Shown in pieces: positions 50,860 through 64,000 of a stretch of 64,000 bases of DNA. The position numbers and the translations under genes were made by a program. The notes under the pieces were generated by a model. The model was given only the letters and a program-made list of their open reading frames with translations, did not search any database and was not told the origin of the DNA. Position 1 is the stretch's first letter, and each line of letters starts with the position of its first letter. The DNA comes from Lingula anatina. Its lineage: Eukaryota; Animalia; Brachiopoda. The stretch spans positions 5,146,001 to 5,210,000 of the forward strand of contig JBPQGU010000016.1 of the NCBI GenBank assembly GCA_051362555.1, read 5' to 3'.

Positions 50860-53800
50860 TCTTCCAGTACTTTATACTTACTACAAATGACCCAACACAC
50901 CTACCGGTCACTAAAATGAAGAAAAAAAAATTTCTTCCCTTTTTGGCCAAAATTGAAGAAATCTGCTGTACGCGGACCTGATGAAAATCACTCAAAATCA
51001 CCCAAAAACGACCCGTCACCAATTTTTCCGAAATGTGATGAAAATCAATCTACCACACCTGTCATTCATAAAAAATGTGGAAACACGCCCGGATCACTTC
51101 ATTAAAGCCCCCAATTCCAGCTTTAAAGATAGCCAAAAACACAGCTGAAAACAGGATCTGGAGGGGGGGGGGGGGGTGGCCAGAGTTTTTGCTCTTTTTC
51201 TTCCTTAATATTGACACAACCACTCTTCCAGTACTTTATACTTACTACAAATGACCCAACACACCTACCGGTCACTAAAATGAAGAAAAAAAAATTTCTT
51301 CCCTTTTTGGCCAAAATTGAAGAAATCTGCTGTACGCGGACCTGATGAAAATCACTCAAAATCACCCAAAAACGACCCGTCACCAATTTTTCCGAAATGT
51401 GATGAAAATCAATCTACCACACCTGTCATTCATAAAAAATGTGGAAACACGCCCGGATCACTTCATTAAAGCCCCCAATTCCAGCTTTAAAGATAGCCAA
51501 AAACACAGCTGAAAACAGGATCTGGAGGGGGGGGGGGGGTGGCCAGAGTTTTTGCTCTTTTTCTTCCTTAATATTGACACAACCACTCTTCCAGTACTTT
51601 ATACTTACTACAAATGACCCAACACACCTACCGGTCACTAAAATGAAGAAAAAAAAATTTCTTCCCTTTTTGGCCAAAATTGAAGAAATCTGCTGTACGC
51701 GGACCTGATGAAAATCACTCAAAATCACCCAAAAACGACCCGTCACCAATTTTTCCGAAATGTGATGAAAATCAATCTACCACACCTGTCATTCATAAAA
51801 AATGTGGAAACACGCCCGGATCACTTCATTAAAGCCCCCAATTCCAGCTTTAAAGATAGCCAAAAACACAGCTGAAAACAGGATCTGGAGGGGGGGGGGG
51901 GTGGCCAGAGTTTTTGCTCTTTTTCTTCCTTAATATTGACACAACCACTCTTCCAGTACTTTATACTTACTACAAATGACCCAACACACCTACCGGTCAC
52001 TAAAATGAAGAAAAAAAAATTTCTTCCCTTTTTGGCCAAAATTGAAGAAATCTGCTGTACGCGGACCTGATGAAAATCACTCAAAATCACCCAAAAACGA
52101 CCCGTCACCAATTTTTCCGAAATGTGATGAAAATCAATCTACCACACCTGTCATTCATAAAAAATGTGGAAACACGCCCGGATCACTTCATTAAAGCCCC
52201 CAATTCCAGCTTTAAAGATAGCCAAAAACACAGCTGAAAACAGGATCTGGAGGGGGGGGGGGGGTGGCCAGAGTTTTTGCTCTTTTTCTTCCTTAATATT
52301 GACACAACCACTCTTCCAGTACTTTATACTTACTACAAATGACCCAACACACCTACCGGTCACTAAAATGAAGAAAAAAAAATTTCTTCCCTTTTTGGCC
52401 AAAATTGAAGAAATCTGCTGTACGCGGACCTGATGAAAATCACTCAAAATCACCCAAAAACGACCCGTCACCAATTTTTCCGAAATGTGATGAAAATCAA
52501 TCTACCACACCTGTCATTCATAAAAAATGTGGAAACACGCCCGGATCACTTCATTAAAGCCCCCAATTCCAGCTTTAAAGATAGCCAAAAACACAGCTGA
52601 AAACAGGATCTGGAGGGGGGGGGGGGTGGCCAGAGTTTTTGCTCTTTTTCTTCCTTAATATTGACACAACCACTCTTCCAGTACTTTATACTTACTACAA
52701 ATGACCCAACACACCTACCGGTCACTAAAATGAAGAAAAAAAAATTTCTTCCCTTTTTGGCCAAAATTGAAGAAATCTGCTGTACGCGGACCTGATGAAA
52801 ATCACTCAAAATCACCCAAAAACGACCCGTCACCAATTTTTCCGAAATGTGATGAAAATCAATCTACCACACCTGTCATTCATAAAAAATGTGGAAACAC
52901 GCCCGGATCACTTCATTAAAGCCCCCAATTCCAGCTTTAAAGATAGCCAAAAACACAGCTGAAAACAGGATCTGGAGGGGGGGGGGGGGTGGCCAGAGTT
53001 TTTGCTCTTTTTCTTCCTTAATATTGACACAACCACTCTTCCAGTACTTTATACTTACTACAAATGACCCAACACACCTACCGGTCACTAAAATGAAGAA
53101 AAAAAAATTTCTTCCCTTTTTGGCCAAAATTGAAGAAATCTGCTGTACGCGGACCTGATGAAAATCACTCAAAATCACCCAAAAACGACCCGTCACCAAT
53201 TTTTCCGAAATGTGATGAAAATCAATCTACCACACCTGTCATTCATAAAAAATGTGGAAACACGCCCGGATCACTTCATTAAAGCCCCCAATTCCAGCTT
53301 TAAAGATAGCCAAAAACACAGCTGAAAACAGGATCTGGAGGGGGGGGGGGGTGGCCAGAGTTTTTGCTCTTTTTCTTCCTTAATATTGACACAACCACTC
53401 TTCCAGTACTTTATACTTACTACAAATGACCCAACACACCTACCGGTCACTAAAATGAAGAAAAAAAAATTTCTTCCCTTTTTGGCCAAAATTGAAGAAA
53501 TCTGCTGTACGCGGACCTGATGAAAATCACTCAAAATCACCCAAAAACGACCCGTCACCAATTTTTCCGAAATGTGATGAAAATCAATCTACCACACCTG
53601 TCATTCATAAAAAATGTGGAAACACGCCCGGATCACTTCATTAAAGCCCCCAATTCCAGCTTTAAAGATAGCCAAAAACACAGCTGAAAACAGGATCTGG
53701 AGGGGGGGGGGGGTGGCCAGAGTTTTTGCTCTTTTTCTTCCTTAATATTGACACAACCACTCTTCCAGTACTTTATACTTACTACAAATGACCCAACACA

Positions 53801-56800
53801 CCTACCGGTCACTAAAATGAAGAAAAAAAAATTTCTTCCCTTTTTGGCCAAAATTGAAGAAATCTGCTGTACGCGGACCTGATGAAAATCACTCAAAATC
53901 ACCCAAAAACGACCCGTCACCAATTTTTCCGAAATGTGATGAAAATCAATCTACCACACCTGTCATTCATAAAAAATGTGGAAACACGCCCGGATCACTT
54001 CATTAAAGCCCCCAATTCCAGCTTTAAAGATAGCCAAAAACACAGCTGAAAACAGGATCTGGAGGGGGGGGGGGGTGGCCAGAGTTTTTGCTCTTTTTCT
54101 TCCTTAATATTGACACAACCACTCTTCCAGTACTTTATACTTACTACAAATGACCCAACACACCTACCGGTCACTAAAATGAAGAAAAAAAAATTTCTTC
54201 CCTTTTTGGCCAAAATTGAAGAAATCTGCTGTACGCGGACCTGATGAAAATCACTCAAAATCACCCAAAAACGACCCGTCACCAATTTTTCCGAAATGTG
54301 ATGAAAATCAATCTACCACACCTGTCATTCATAAAAAATGTGGAAACACGCCCGGATCACTTCATTAAAGCCCCCAATTCCAGCTTTAAAGATAGCCAAA
54401 AACACAGCTGAAAACAGGATCTGGAGGGGGGGGGGGGGTGGCCAGAGTTTTTGCTCTTTTTCTTCCTTAATATTGACACAACCACTCTTCCAGTACTTTA
54501 TACTTACTACAAATGACCCAACACACCTACCGGTCACTAAAATGAAGAAAAAAAAATTTCTTCCCTTTTTGGCCAAAATTGAAGAAATCTGCTGTACGCG
54601 GACCTGATGAAAATCACTCAAAATCACCCAAAAACGACCCGTCACCAATTTTTCCGAAATGTGATGAAAATCAATCTACCACACCTGTCATTCATAAAAA
54701 ATGTGGAAACACGCCCGGATCACTTCATTAAAGCCCCCAATTCCAGCTTTAAAGATAGCCAAAAACACAGCTGAAAACAGGATCTGGAGGGGGGGGGGGG
54801 GTGGCCAGAGTTTTTGCTCTTTTTCTTCCTTAATATTGACACAACCACTCTTCCAGTACTTTATACTTACTACAAATGACCCAACACACCTACCGGTCAC
54901 TAAAATGAAGAAAAAAAAATTTCTTCCCTTTTTGGCCAAAATTGAAGAAATCTGCTGTACGCGGACCTGATGAAAATCACTCAAAATCACCCAAAAACGA
55001 CCCGTCACCAATTTTTCCGAAATGTGATGAAAATCAATCTACCACACCTGTCATTCATAAAAAATGTGGAAACACGCCCGGATCACTTCATTAAAGCCCC
55101 CAATTCCAGCTTTAAAGATAGCCAAAAACACAGCTGAAAACAGGATCTGGAGGGGGGGGGGGGGGTGGCCAGAGTTTTTGCTCTTTTTCTTCCTTAATAT
55201 TGACACAACCACTCTTCCAGTACTTTATACTTACTACAAATGACCCAACACACCTACCGGTCACTAAAATGAAGAAAAAAAAATTTCTTCCCTTTTTGGC
55301 CAAAATTGAAGAAATCTGCTGTACGCGGACCTGATGAAAATCACTCAAAATCACCCAAAAAAGACCCGTCACCAATTTTTCCGAAATGTGATGAAAATCA
55401 ATCTACCACACCTGTCATTCATAAAAAATGTGGAAACACGCCCGGATCACTTCATTAAAGCCCCCAATTCCAGCTTTAAAGATAGCCAAAAACACAGCTG
55501 AAAACAGGATCTGGAGGGGGGGGGGGGGTGGCCAGAGTTTTTGCTCTTTTTCTTCCTTAATATTGACACAACCACTCTTCCAGTACTTTATACTTACTAC
55601 AAATGACCCAACACACCTACCGGTCACTAAAATGAAGAAAAAAAAATTTCTTCCCTTTTTGGCCAAAATTGAAGAAATCTGCTGTACGCGGACCTGATGA
55701 AAATCACTCAAAATCACCCAAAAACGACCCGTCACCAATTTTTCCGAAATGTGATGAAAATCAATCTACCACACCTGTCATTCATAAAAAATGTGGAAAC
55801 ACGCCCGGATCACTTCATTAAAGCCCCCAATTCCAGCTTTAAAGATAGCCAAAAACACAGCTGAAAACAGGATCTGGAGGGGGGGGGGGGTGGCCAGAGT
55901 TTTTGCTCTTTTTCTTCCTTAATATTGACACAACCACTCTTCCAGTACTTTATACTTACTACAAATGACCCAACACACCTACCGGTCACTAAAATGAAGA
56001 AAAAAAAATTTCTTCCCTTTTTGGCCAAAATTGAAGAAATCTGCTGTACGCGGACCTGATGAAAATCACTCAAAATCACCCAAAAACGACCCGTCACCAA
56101 TTTTTCCGAAATGTGATGAAAATCAATCTACCACACCTGTCATTCATAAAAAATGTGGAAACACGCCCGGATCACTTCATTAAAGCCCCCAATTCCAGCT
56201 TTAAAGATAGCCAAAAACACAGCTGAAAACAGGATCTGGAGGGGGGGGGGGGGTGGCCAGAGTTTTTGCTCTTTTTCTTCCTTAATATTGACACAACCAC
56301 TCTTCCAGTACTTTATACTTACTACAAATGACCCAACACACCTACCGGTCACTAAAATGAAGAAAAAAAAATTTCTTCCCTTTTTGGCCAAAATTGAAGA
56401 AATCTGCTGTACGCGGACCTGATGAAAATCACTCAAAATCACCCAAAAACGACCCGTCACCAATTTTTCCGAAATGTGATGAAAATCAATCTACCACACC
56501 TGTCATTCATAAAAAATGTGGAAACACGCCCGGATCACTTCATTAAAGCCCCCAATTCCAGCTTTAAAGATAGCCAAAAACACAGCTGAAAACAGGATCT
56601 GGAGGGGGGGGGGGGGTGGCCAGAGTTTTTGCTCTTTTTCTTCCTTAATATTGACACAACCACTCTTCCAGTACTTTATACTTACTACAAATGACCCAAC
56701 ACACCTACCGGTCACTAAAATGAAGAAAAAAAAATTTCTTCCCTTTTTGGCCAAAATTGAAGAAATCTGCTGTACGCGGACCTGATGAAAATCACTCAAA

Positions 56801-59800
56801 ATCACCCAAAAACGACCCGTCACCAATTTTTCCGAAATGTGATGAAAATCAATCTACCACACCTGTCATTCATAAAAAATGTGGAAACACGCCCGGATCA
56901 CTTCATTAAAGCCCCCAATTCCAGCTTTAAAGATATAGCCAAAAACACAGCTGAAAACAGGATCTGGAGGGGGGGGGGGGGTGGCCAGAGTTTTTGCTCT
57001 TTTTCTTCCTTAATATTGACACAACCACTCTTCCAGTACTTTATACTTACTACAAATGACCCAACACACCTACCGGTCACTAAAATGAAGAAAAAAAAAT
57101 TTCTTCCCTTTTTGGCCAAAATTGAAGAAATCTGCTGTACGCGGACCTGATGAAAATCACTCAAAATCACCCAAAAACGACCCGTCACCAATTTTTCCGA
57201 AATGTGATGAAAATCAATCTACCACACCTGTCATTCATAAAAAATGTGGAAACACGCCCGGATCACTTCATTAAAGCCCCCAATTCCAGCTTTAAAGATA
57301 GCCAAAAACACAGCTGAAAACAGGATCTGGAGGGGGGGGGGGGTGGCCAGAGTTTTTGCTCTTTTTCTTCCTTAATATTGACACAACCACTCTTCCAGTA
57401 CTTTATACTTACTACAAATGACCCAACACACCTACCGGTCACTAAAATGAAGAAAAAAAAATTTCTTCCCTTTTTGGCCAAAATTGAAGAAATCTGCTGT
57501 ACGCGGACCTGATGAAAATCACTCAAAATCACCCAAAAACGACCCGTCACCAATTTTTCCGAAATGTGATGAAAATCAATCTACCACACCTGTCATTCAT
57601 AAAAAATGTGGAAACACGCCCGGATCACTTCATTAAAGCCCCCAATTCCAGCTTTAAAGATAGCCAAAAACACAGCTGAAAACAGGATCTGGAGGGGGGG
57701 GGGGGTGGCCAGAGTTTTTGCTCTTTTTCTTCCTTAATATTGACACAACCACTCTTCCAGTACTTTATACTTACTACAAATGACCCAACACACCTACCGG
57801 TCACTAAAATGAAGAAAAAAAAATTTCTTCCCTTTTTGGCCAAAATTGAAGAAATCTGCTGTACGCGGACCTGATGAAAATCACTCAAAATCACCCAAAA
57901 ACGACCCGTCACCAATTTTTCCGAAATGTGATGAAAATCAATCTACCACACCTGTCATTCATAAAAAATGTGGAAACACGCCCGGATCACTTCATTAAAG
58001 CCCCCAATTCCAGCTTTAAAGATAGCCAAAAACACAGCTGAAAACAGGATCTGGAGGGGGGGGGGGGTGGCCAGAGTTTTTGCTCTTTTTCTTCCTTAAT
58101 ATTGACACAACCACTCTTCCAGTACTTTATACTTACTACAAATGACCCAACACACCTACCGGTCACTAAAATGAAGAAAAAAAAATTTCTTCCCTTTTTG
58201 GCCAAAATTGAAGAAATCTGCTGTACGCGGACCTGATGAAAATCACTCAAAATCACCCAAAAACGACCCGTCACCAATTTTTCCGAAATGTGATGAAAAT
58301 CAATCTACCACACCTGTCATTCATAAAAAATGTGGAAACACGCCCGGATCACTTCATTAAAGCCCCCAATTCCAGCTTTAAAGATAGCCAAAAACACAGC
58401 TGAAAACAGGATCTGGAGGGGGGGGGGGGTGGCCAGAGTTTTTGCTCTTTTTCTTCCTTAATATTGACACAACCACTCTTCCAGTACTTTATACTTACTA
58501 CAAATGACCCAACACACCTACCGGTCACTAAAATGAAGAAAAAAAAATTTCTTCCCTTTTTGGCCAAAATTGAAGAAATCTGCTGTACGCGGACCTGATG
58601 AAAATCACTCAAAATCACCCAAAAACGACCCGTCACCAATTTTTCCGAAATGTGATGAAAATCAATCTACCACACCTGTCATTCATAAAAAATGTGGAAA
58701 CACGCCCGGATCACTTCATTAAAGCCCCCAATTCCAGCTTTAAAGATAGCCAAAAACACAGCTGAAAACAGGATCTGGAGGGGGGGGGGGGGTGGCCAGA
58801 GTTTTTGCTCTTTTTCTTCCTTAATATTGACACAACCACTCTTCCAGTACTTTATACTTACTACAAATGACCCAACACACCTACCGGTCACTAAAATGAA
58901 GAAAAAAAAATTTCTTCCCTTTTTGGCCAAAATTGAAGAAATCTGCTGTACGCGGACCTGATGAAAATCACTCAAAATCACCCAAAAACGACCCGTCACC
59001 AATTTTTCCGAAATGTGATGAAAATCAATCTACCACACCTGTCATTCATAAAAAATGTGGAAACACGCCGATCACTTCATTAAAGCCCCCAATTCCAGCT
59101 TTAAAGATAGCCAAAAACACAGCTGAAAACAGGATCTGGAGGGGGGGGGGGGGTGGCCAGAGTTTTTGCTCTTTTTCTTCCTTAATATTGACACAACCAC
59201 TCTTCCAGTACTTTATACTTACTACAAATGACCCAACACACCTACCGGTCACTAAAATGAAGAAAAAAAAATTTCTTCCCTTTTTGGCCAAAATTGAAGA
59301 AATCTGCTGTACGCGGACCTGATGAAAATCACTCAAAATCACCCAAAAACGACCCGTCACCAATTTTTCCGAAATGTGATGAAAATCAATCTACCACACC
59401 TGTCATTCATAAAAAATGTGGAAACACGCCCGGATCACTTCATTAAAGCCCCCAATTCCAGCTTTAAAGATAGCCAAAAACACAGCTGAAAACAGGATCT
59501 GGAGGGGGGGGGGGGTGGCCAGAGTTTTTGCTCTTTTTCTTCCTTAATATTGACACAACCACTCTTCCAGTACTTTATACTTACTACAAATGACCCAACA
59601 CACCTACCGGTCACTAAAATGAAGAAAAAAAAATTTCTTCCCTTTTTGGCCAAAATTGAAGAAATCTGCTGTACGCGGACCTGATGAAAATCACTCAAAA
59701 TCACCCAAAAACGACCCGTCACCAATTTTTCCGAAATGTGATGAAAATCAATCTACCACACCTGTCATTCATAAAAAATGTGGAAACACGCCCGGATCAC

Positions 59801-62800
59801 TTCATTAAAGCCCCCAATTCCAGCTTTAAAGATAGCCAAAAACACAGCTGAAAACAGGATCTGGAGGGGGGGGGGGGTGGCCAGAGTTTTTGCTCTTTTT
59901 CTTCCTTAATATTGACACAACCACTCTTCCAGTACTTTATACTTACTACAAATGACCCAACACACCTACCGGTCACTAAAATGAAGAAAAAAAAATTTCT
60001 TCCCTTTTTGGCCAAAATTGAAGAAATCTGCTGTACGCGGACCTGATGAAAATCACTCAAAATCACCCAAAAACGACCCGTCACCAATTTTTCCGAAATG
60101 TGATGAAAATCAATCTACCACACCTGTCATTCATAAAAAATGTGGAAACACGCCCGGATCACTTCATTAAAGCCCCCAATTCCAGCTTTAAAGATAGCCA
60201 AAAACACAGCTGAAAACAGGATCTGGAGGGGGGGGGGGGTGGCCAGAGTTTTTGCTCTTTTTCTTCCTTAATATTGACACAACCACTCTTCCAGTACTTT
60301 ATACTTACTACAAATGACCCAACACACCTACCGGTCACTAAAATGAAGAAAAAAAAATTTCTTCCCTTTTTGGCCAAAATTGAAGAAATCTGCTGTACGC
60401 GGACCTGATGAAAATCACTCAAAATCACCCAAAAACGACCCGTCACCAATTTTTCCGAAATGTGATGAAAATCAATCTACCACACCTGTCATTCATAAAA
60501 AATGTGGAAACACGCCCGGATCACTTCATTAAAGCCCCCAATTCCAGCTTTAAAGATAGCCAAAAACACAGCTGAAAACAGGATCTGGAGGGGGGGGGGG
60601 GTGGCCAGAGTTTTTGCTCTTTTTCTTCCTTAATATTGACACAACCACTCTTCCAGTACTTTATACTTACTACAAATGACCCAACACACCTACCGGTCAC
60701 TAAAATGAAGAAAAAAAAATTTCTTCCCTTTTTGGCCAAAATTGAAGAAATCTGCTGTACGCGGACCTGATGAAAATCACTCAAAATCACCCAAAAACGA
60801 CCCGTCACCAATTTTTCCGAAATGTGATGAAAATCAATCTACCACACCTGTCATTCATAAAAAATGTGGAAACACGCCCGGATCACTTCATTAAAGCCCC
60901 CAATTCCAGCTTTAAAGATAGCCAAAAACACAGCTGAAAACAGGATCTGGAGGGGGGGGGGGGTGGCCAGAGTTTTTGCTCTTTTTCTTCCTTAATATTG
61001 ACACAACCACTCTTCCAGTACTTTATACTTACTACAAATGACCCAACACACCTACCGGTCACTAAAATGAAGAAAAAAAAATTTCTTCCCTTTTTGGCCA
61101 AAATTGAAGAAATCTGCTGTACGCGGACCTGATGAAAATCACTCAAAATCACCCAAAAACGACCCGTCACCAATTTTTCCGAAATGTGATGAAAATCAAT
61201 CTACCACACCTGTCATTCATAAAAAATGTGGAAACACGCCCGGATCACTTCATTAAAGCCCCCAATTCCAGCTTTAAAGATAGCCAAAAACACAGCTGAA
61301 AACAGGATCTGGAGGGGGGGGGGGGTGGCCAGAGTTTTTGCTCTTTTTCTTCCTTAATATTGACACAACCACTCTTCCAGTACTTTATACTTACTACAAA
61401 TGACCCAACACACCTACCGGTCACTAAAATGAAGAAAAAAAAATTTCTTCCCTTTTTGGCCAAAATTGAAGAAATCTGCTGTACGCGGACCTGATGAAAA
61501 TCACTCAAAATCACCCAAAAACGACCCGTCACCAATTTTTCCGAAATGTGATGAAAATCAATCTACCACACCTGTCATTCATAAAAAATGTGGAAACACG
61601 CCCGGATCACTTCATTAAAGCCCCCAATTCCAGCTTTAAAGATAGCCAAAAACACAGCTGAAAACAGGATCTGGAGGGGGGGGGGGGTGGCCAGAGTTTT
61701 TGCTCTTTTTCTTCCTTAATATTGACACAACCACTCTTCCAGTACTTTATACTTACTACAAATGACCCAACACACCTACCGGTCACTAAAATGAAGAAAA
61801 AAAAATTTCTTCCCTTTTTGGCCAAAATTGAAGAAATCTGCTGTACGCGGACCTGATGAAAATCACTCAAAATCACCCAAAAACGACCCTGTCACCAATT
61901 TTTCCGAAATGTGATGAAAATCAATCTACCACACCTGTCATTCATAAAAAATGTGGAAACACGCCCGGATCACTTCATTAAAGCCCCCAATTCCAGCTTT
62001 AAAGATAGCCAAAAACACAGCTGAAAACAGGATCTGGAGGGGGGGGGGGGTGGCCAGAGTTTTTGCTCTTTTTCTTCCTTAATATTGACACAACCACTCT
62101 TCCAGTACTTTATACTTACTACAAATGACCCAACACACCTACCGGTCACTAAAATGAAGAAAAAAAAATTTCTTCCCTTTTTGGCCAAAATTGAAGAAAT
62201 CTGCTGTACGCGGACCTGATGAAAATCACTCAAAATCACCCAAAAACGACCCGTCACCAATTTTTCCGAAATGTGATGAAAATCAATCTACCACACCTGT
62301 CATTCATAAAAAATGTGGAAACACGCCCGGATCACTTCATTAAAGCCCCCAATTCCAGCTTTAAAGATAGCCAAAAACACAGCTGAAAACAGGATCTGGA
62401 GGGGGGGGGGGGTGGCCAGAGTTTTTGCTCTTTTTCTTCCTTAATATTGACACAACCACTCTTCCAGTACTTTATACTTACTACAAATGACCCAACACAC
62501 CTACCGGTCACTAAAATGAAGAAAAAAAAATTTCTTCCCTTTTTGGCCAAAATTGAAGAAATCTGCTGTACGCGGACCTGATGAAAATCACTCAAAATCA
62601 CCCAAAAACGACCCGTCACCAATTTTTCCGAAATGTGATGAAAATCAATCTACCACACCTGTCATTCATAAAAAATGTGGAAACACGCCCGGATCACTTC
62701 ATTAAAGCCCCCAATTCCAGCTTTAAAGATAGCCAAAAACACAGCTGAAAACAGGATCTGGAGGGGGGGGGGGGGTGGCCAGAGTTTTTGCTCTTTTTCT

Positions 62801-64000
62801 TCCTTAATATTGACACAACCACTCTTCCAGTACTTTATACTTACTACAAATGACCCAACACACCTACCGGTCACTAAAATGAAGAAAAAAAAATTTCTTC
62901 CCTTTTTGGCCAAAATTGAAGAAATCTGCTGTACGCGGACCTGATGAAAATCACTCAAAATCACCCAAAAACGACCCGTCACCAATTTTTCCGAAATGTG
63001 ATGAAAATCAATCTACCACACCTGTCATTCATAAAAAATGTGGAAACACGCCCGGATCACTTCATTAAAGCCCCCAATTCCAGCTTTAAAGATAGCCAAA
63101 AACACAGCTGAAAACAGGATCTGGAGGGGGGGGGGGGGGGGTGGCCAGAGTTTTTGCTCTTTTTCTTCCTTAATATTGACACAACCACTCTTCCAGTACT
63201 TTATACTTACTACAAATGACCCAACACACCTACCGGTCACTAAAATGAAGAAAAAAAAATTTCTTCCCTTTTTGGCCAAAATTGAAGAAATCTGCTGTAC
63301 GCGGACCTGATGAAAATCACTCAAAATCACCCAAAAACGACCCGTCACCAATTTTTCCGAAATGTGATGAAAATCAATCTACCACACCTGTCATTCATAA
63401 AAAATGTGGAAACACGCCCGGATCACTTCATTAAAGCCCCCAATTCCAGCTTTAAAGATAGCCAAAAACACAGCTGAAAACAGGATCTGGAGGGGGGGGG
63501 GGGGGGGTGGCCAGAGTTTTTGCTCTTTTTCTTCCTTAATATTGACACAACCACTCTTCCAGTACTTTATACTTACTACAAATGACCCAACACACCTACC
63601 GGTCACTAAAATGAAGAAAAAAAAATTTCTTCCCTTTTTGGCCAAAATTGAAGAAATCTGCTGTACGCGGACCTGATGAAAATCACTCAAAATCACCCAA
63701 AAACGACCCGTCACCAATTTTTCCGAAATGTGATGAAAATCAATCTACCACACCTGTCATTCATAAAAAATGTGGAAACACGCCCGGATCACTTCATTAA
63801 AGCCCCCAATTCCAGCTTTAAAGATAGCCAAAAACACAGCTGAAAACAGGATCTGGAGGGGGGGGGGGGGGGGGTGGCCAGAGTTTTTGCTCTTTTTCTT
63901 CCTTAATATTGACACAACCACTCTTCCAGTACTTTATACTTACTACAAATGACCCAACACACCTACCGGTCACTAAAATGAAGAAAAAAAAATTTCTTCC

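Larger units (their letters stand above)
35244..64000. repeat. Tandem satellite array, subfamily B, ~362-bp monomer (~79 copies; continues past the right window edge)
   Basis: Head-to-tail repeats of ...CTGCTGTACGCGGACCTGATGAAAATCACTC...GATCTGGA(G)nTGGCCAGAG...; colinear with A and in the same orientation; roughly 55 differences per monomer versus A by manual alignment; near-perfect identity among B copies. Confidence 0.98.

Noticed and set aside
35110-63952. Dozens of 60-129 aa ORFs in array B (MVTGRFWV..., MWKHARIT...)
   Set aside because: Same reasons as in A: the poly-Pro/Gly runs come from the G-tract, and the C-termini switch with homopolymer length.
1-64000. CRISPR-like array
   Set aside because: There are no unique spacers because the entire 362-bp unit repeats. 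No cas genes are present and the context is eukaryotic.

Overview
Eukaryotic (animal-like) satellite DNA. The window holds two head-to-tail arrays of a ~362-bp monomer in the same orientation. Subfamily A spans 1-32214 (~89 monomers, moderately variable, with irregular multi-monomer duplications and a divergent A' island at ~17.6-19.6 kb). Subfamily B spans 35244-64000 (~79 nearly identical monomers) and is about 85% identical to A by hand count. Exactly at the A/B switch lies the only non-satellite sequence: a 3.0-kb fragment of an L1/Tx1-type non-LTR retrotransposon (32215-35243). It carries ORF1, a 388-bp spacer and ORF2 with a complete APE endonuclease, but the RT is cut before the catalytic YADD motif. 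Both ORFs are uninterrupted, yet the element is truncated at both ends, with no poly(A) tail and no target-site duplication. The hundreds of short ORFs in the arrays are by-products of the repeat. Main observations: a young LINE remnant forms a sharp border between two satellite lineages; A and B carry different dyad-symmetry elements at adjacent monomer positions; the LINE spacer contains a possible intron that would join in frame to ORF2; and the A' island shares states with B. The host is not identifiable from sequence alone; the LINE proteins look like invertebrate, possibly mollusc, L1/Tx1 proteins (inference).
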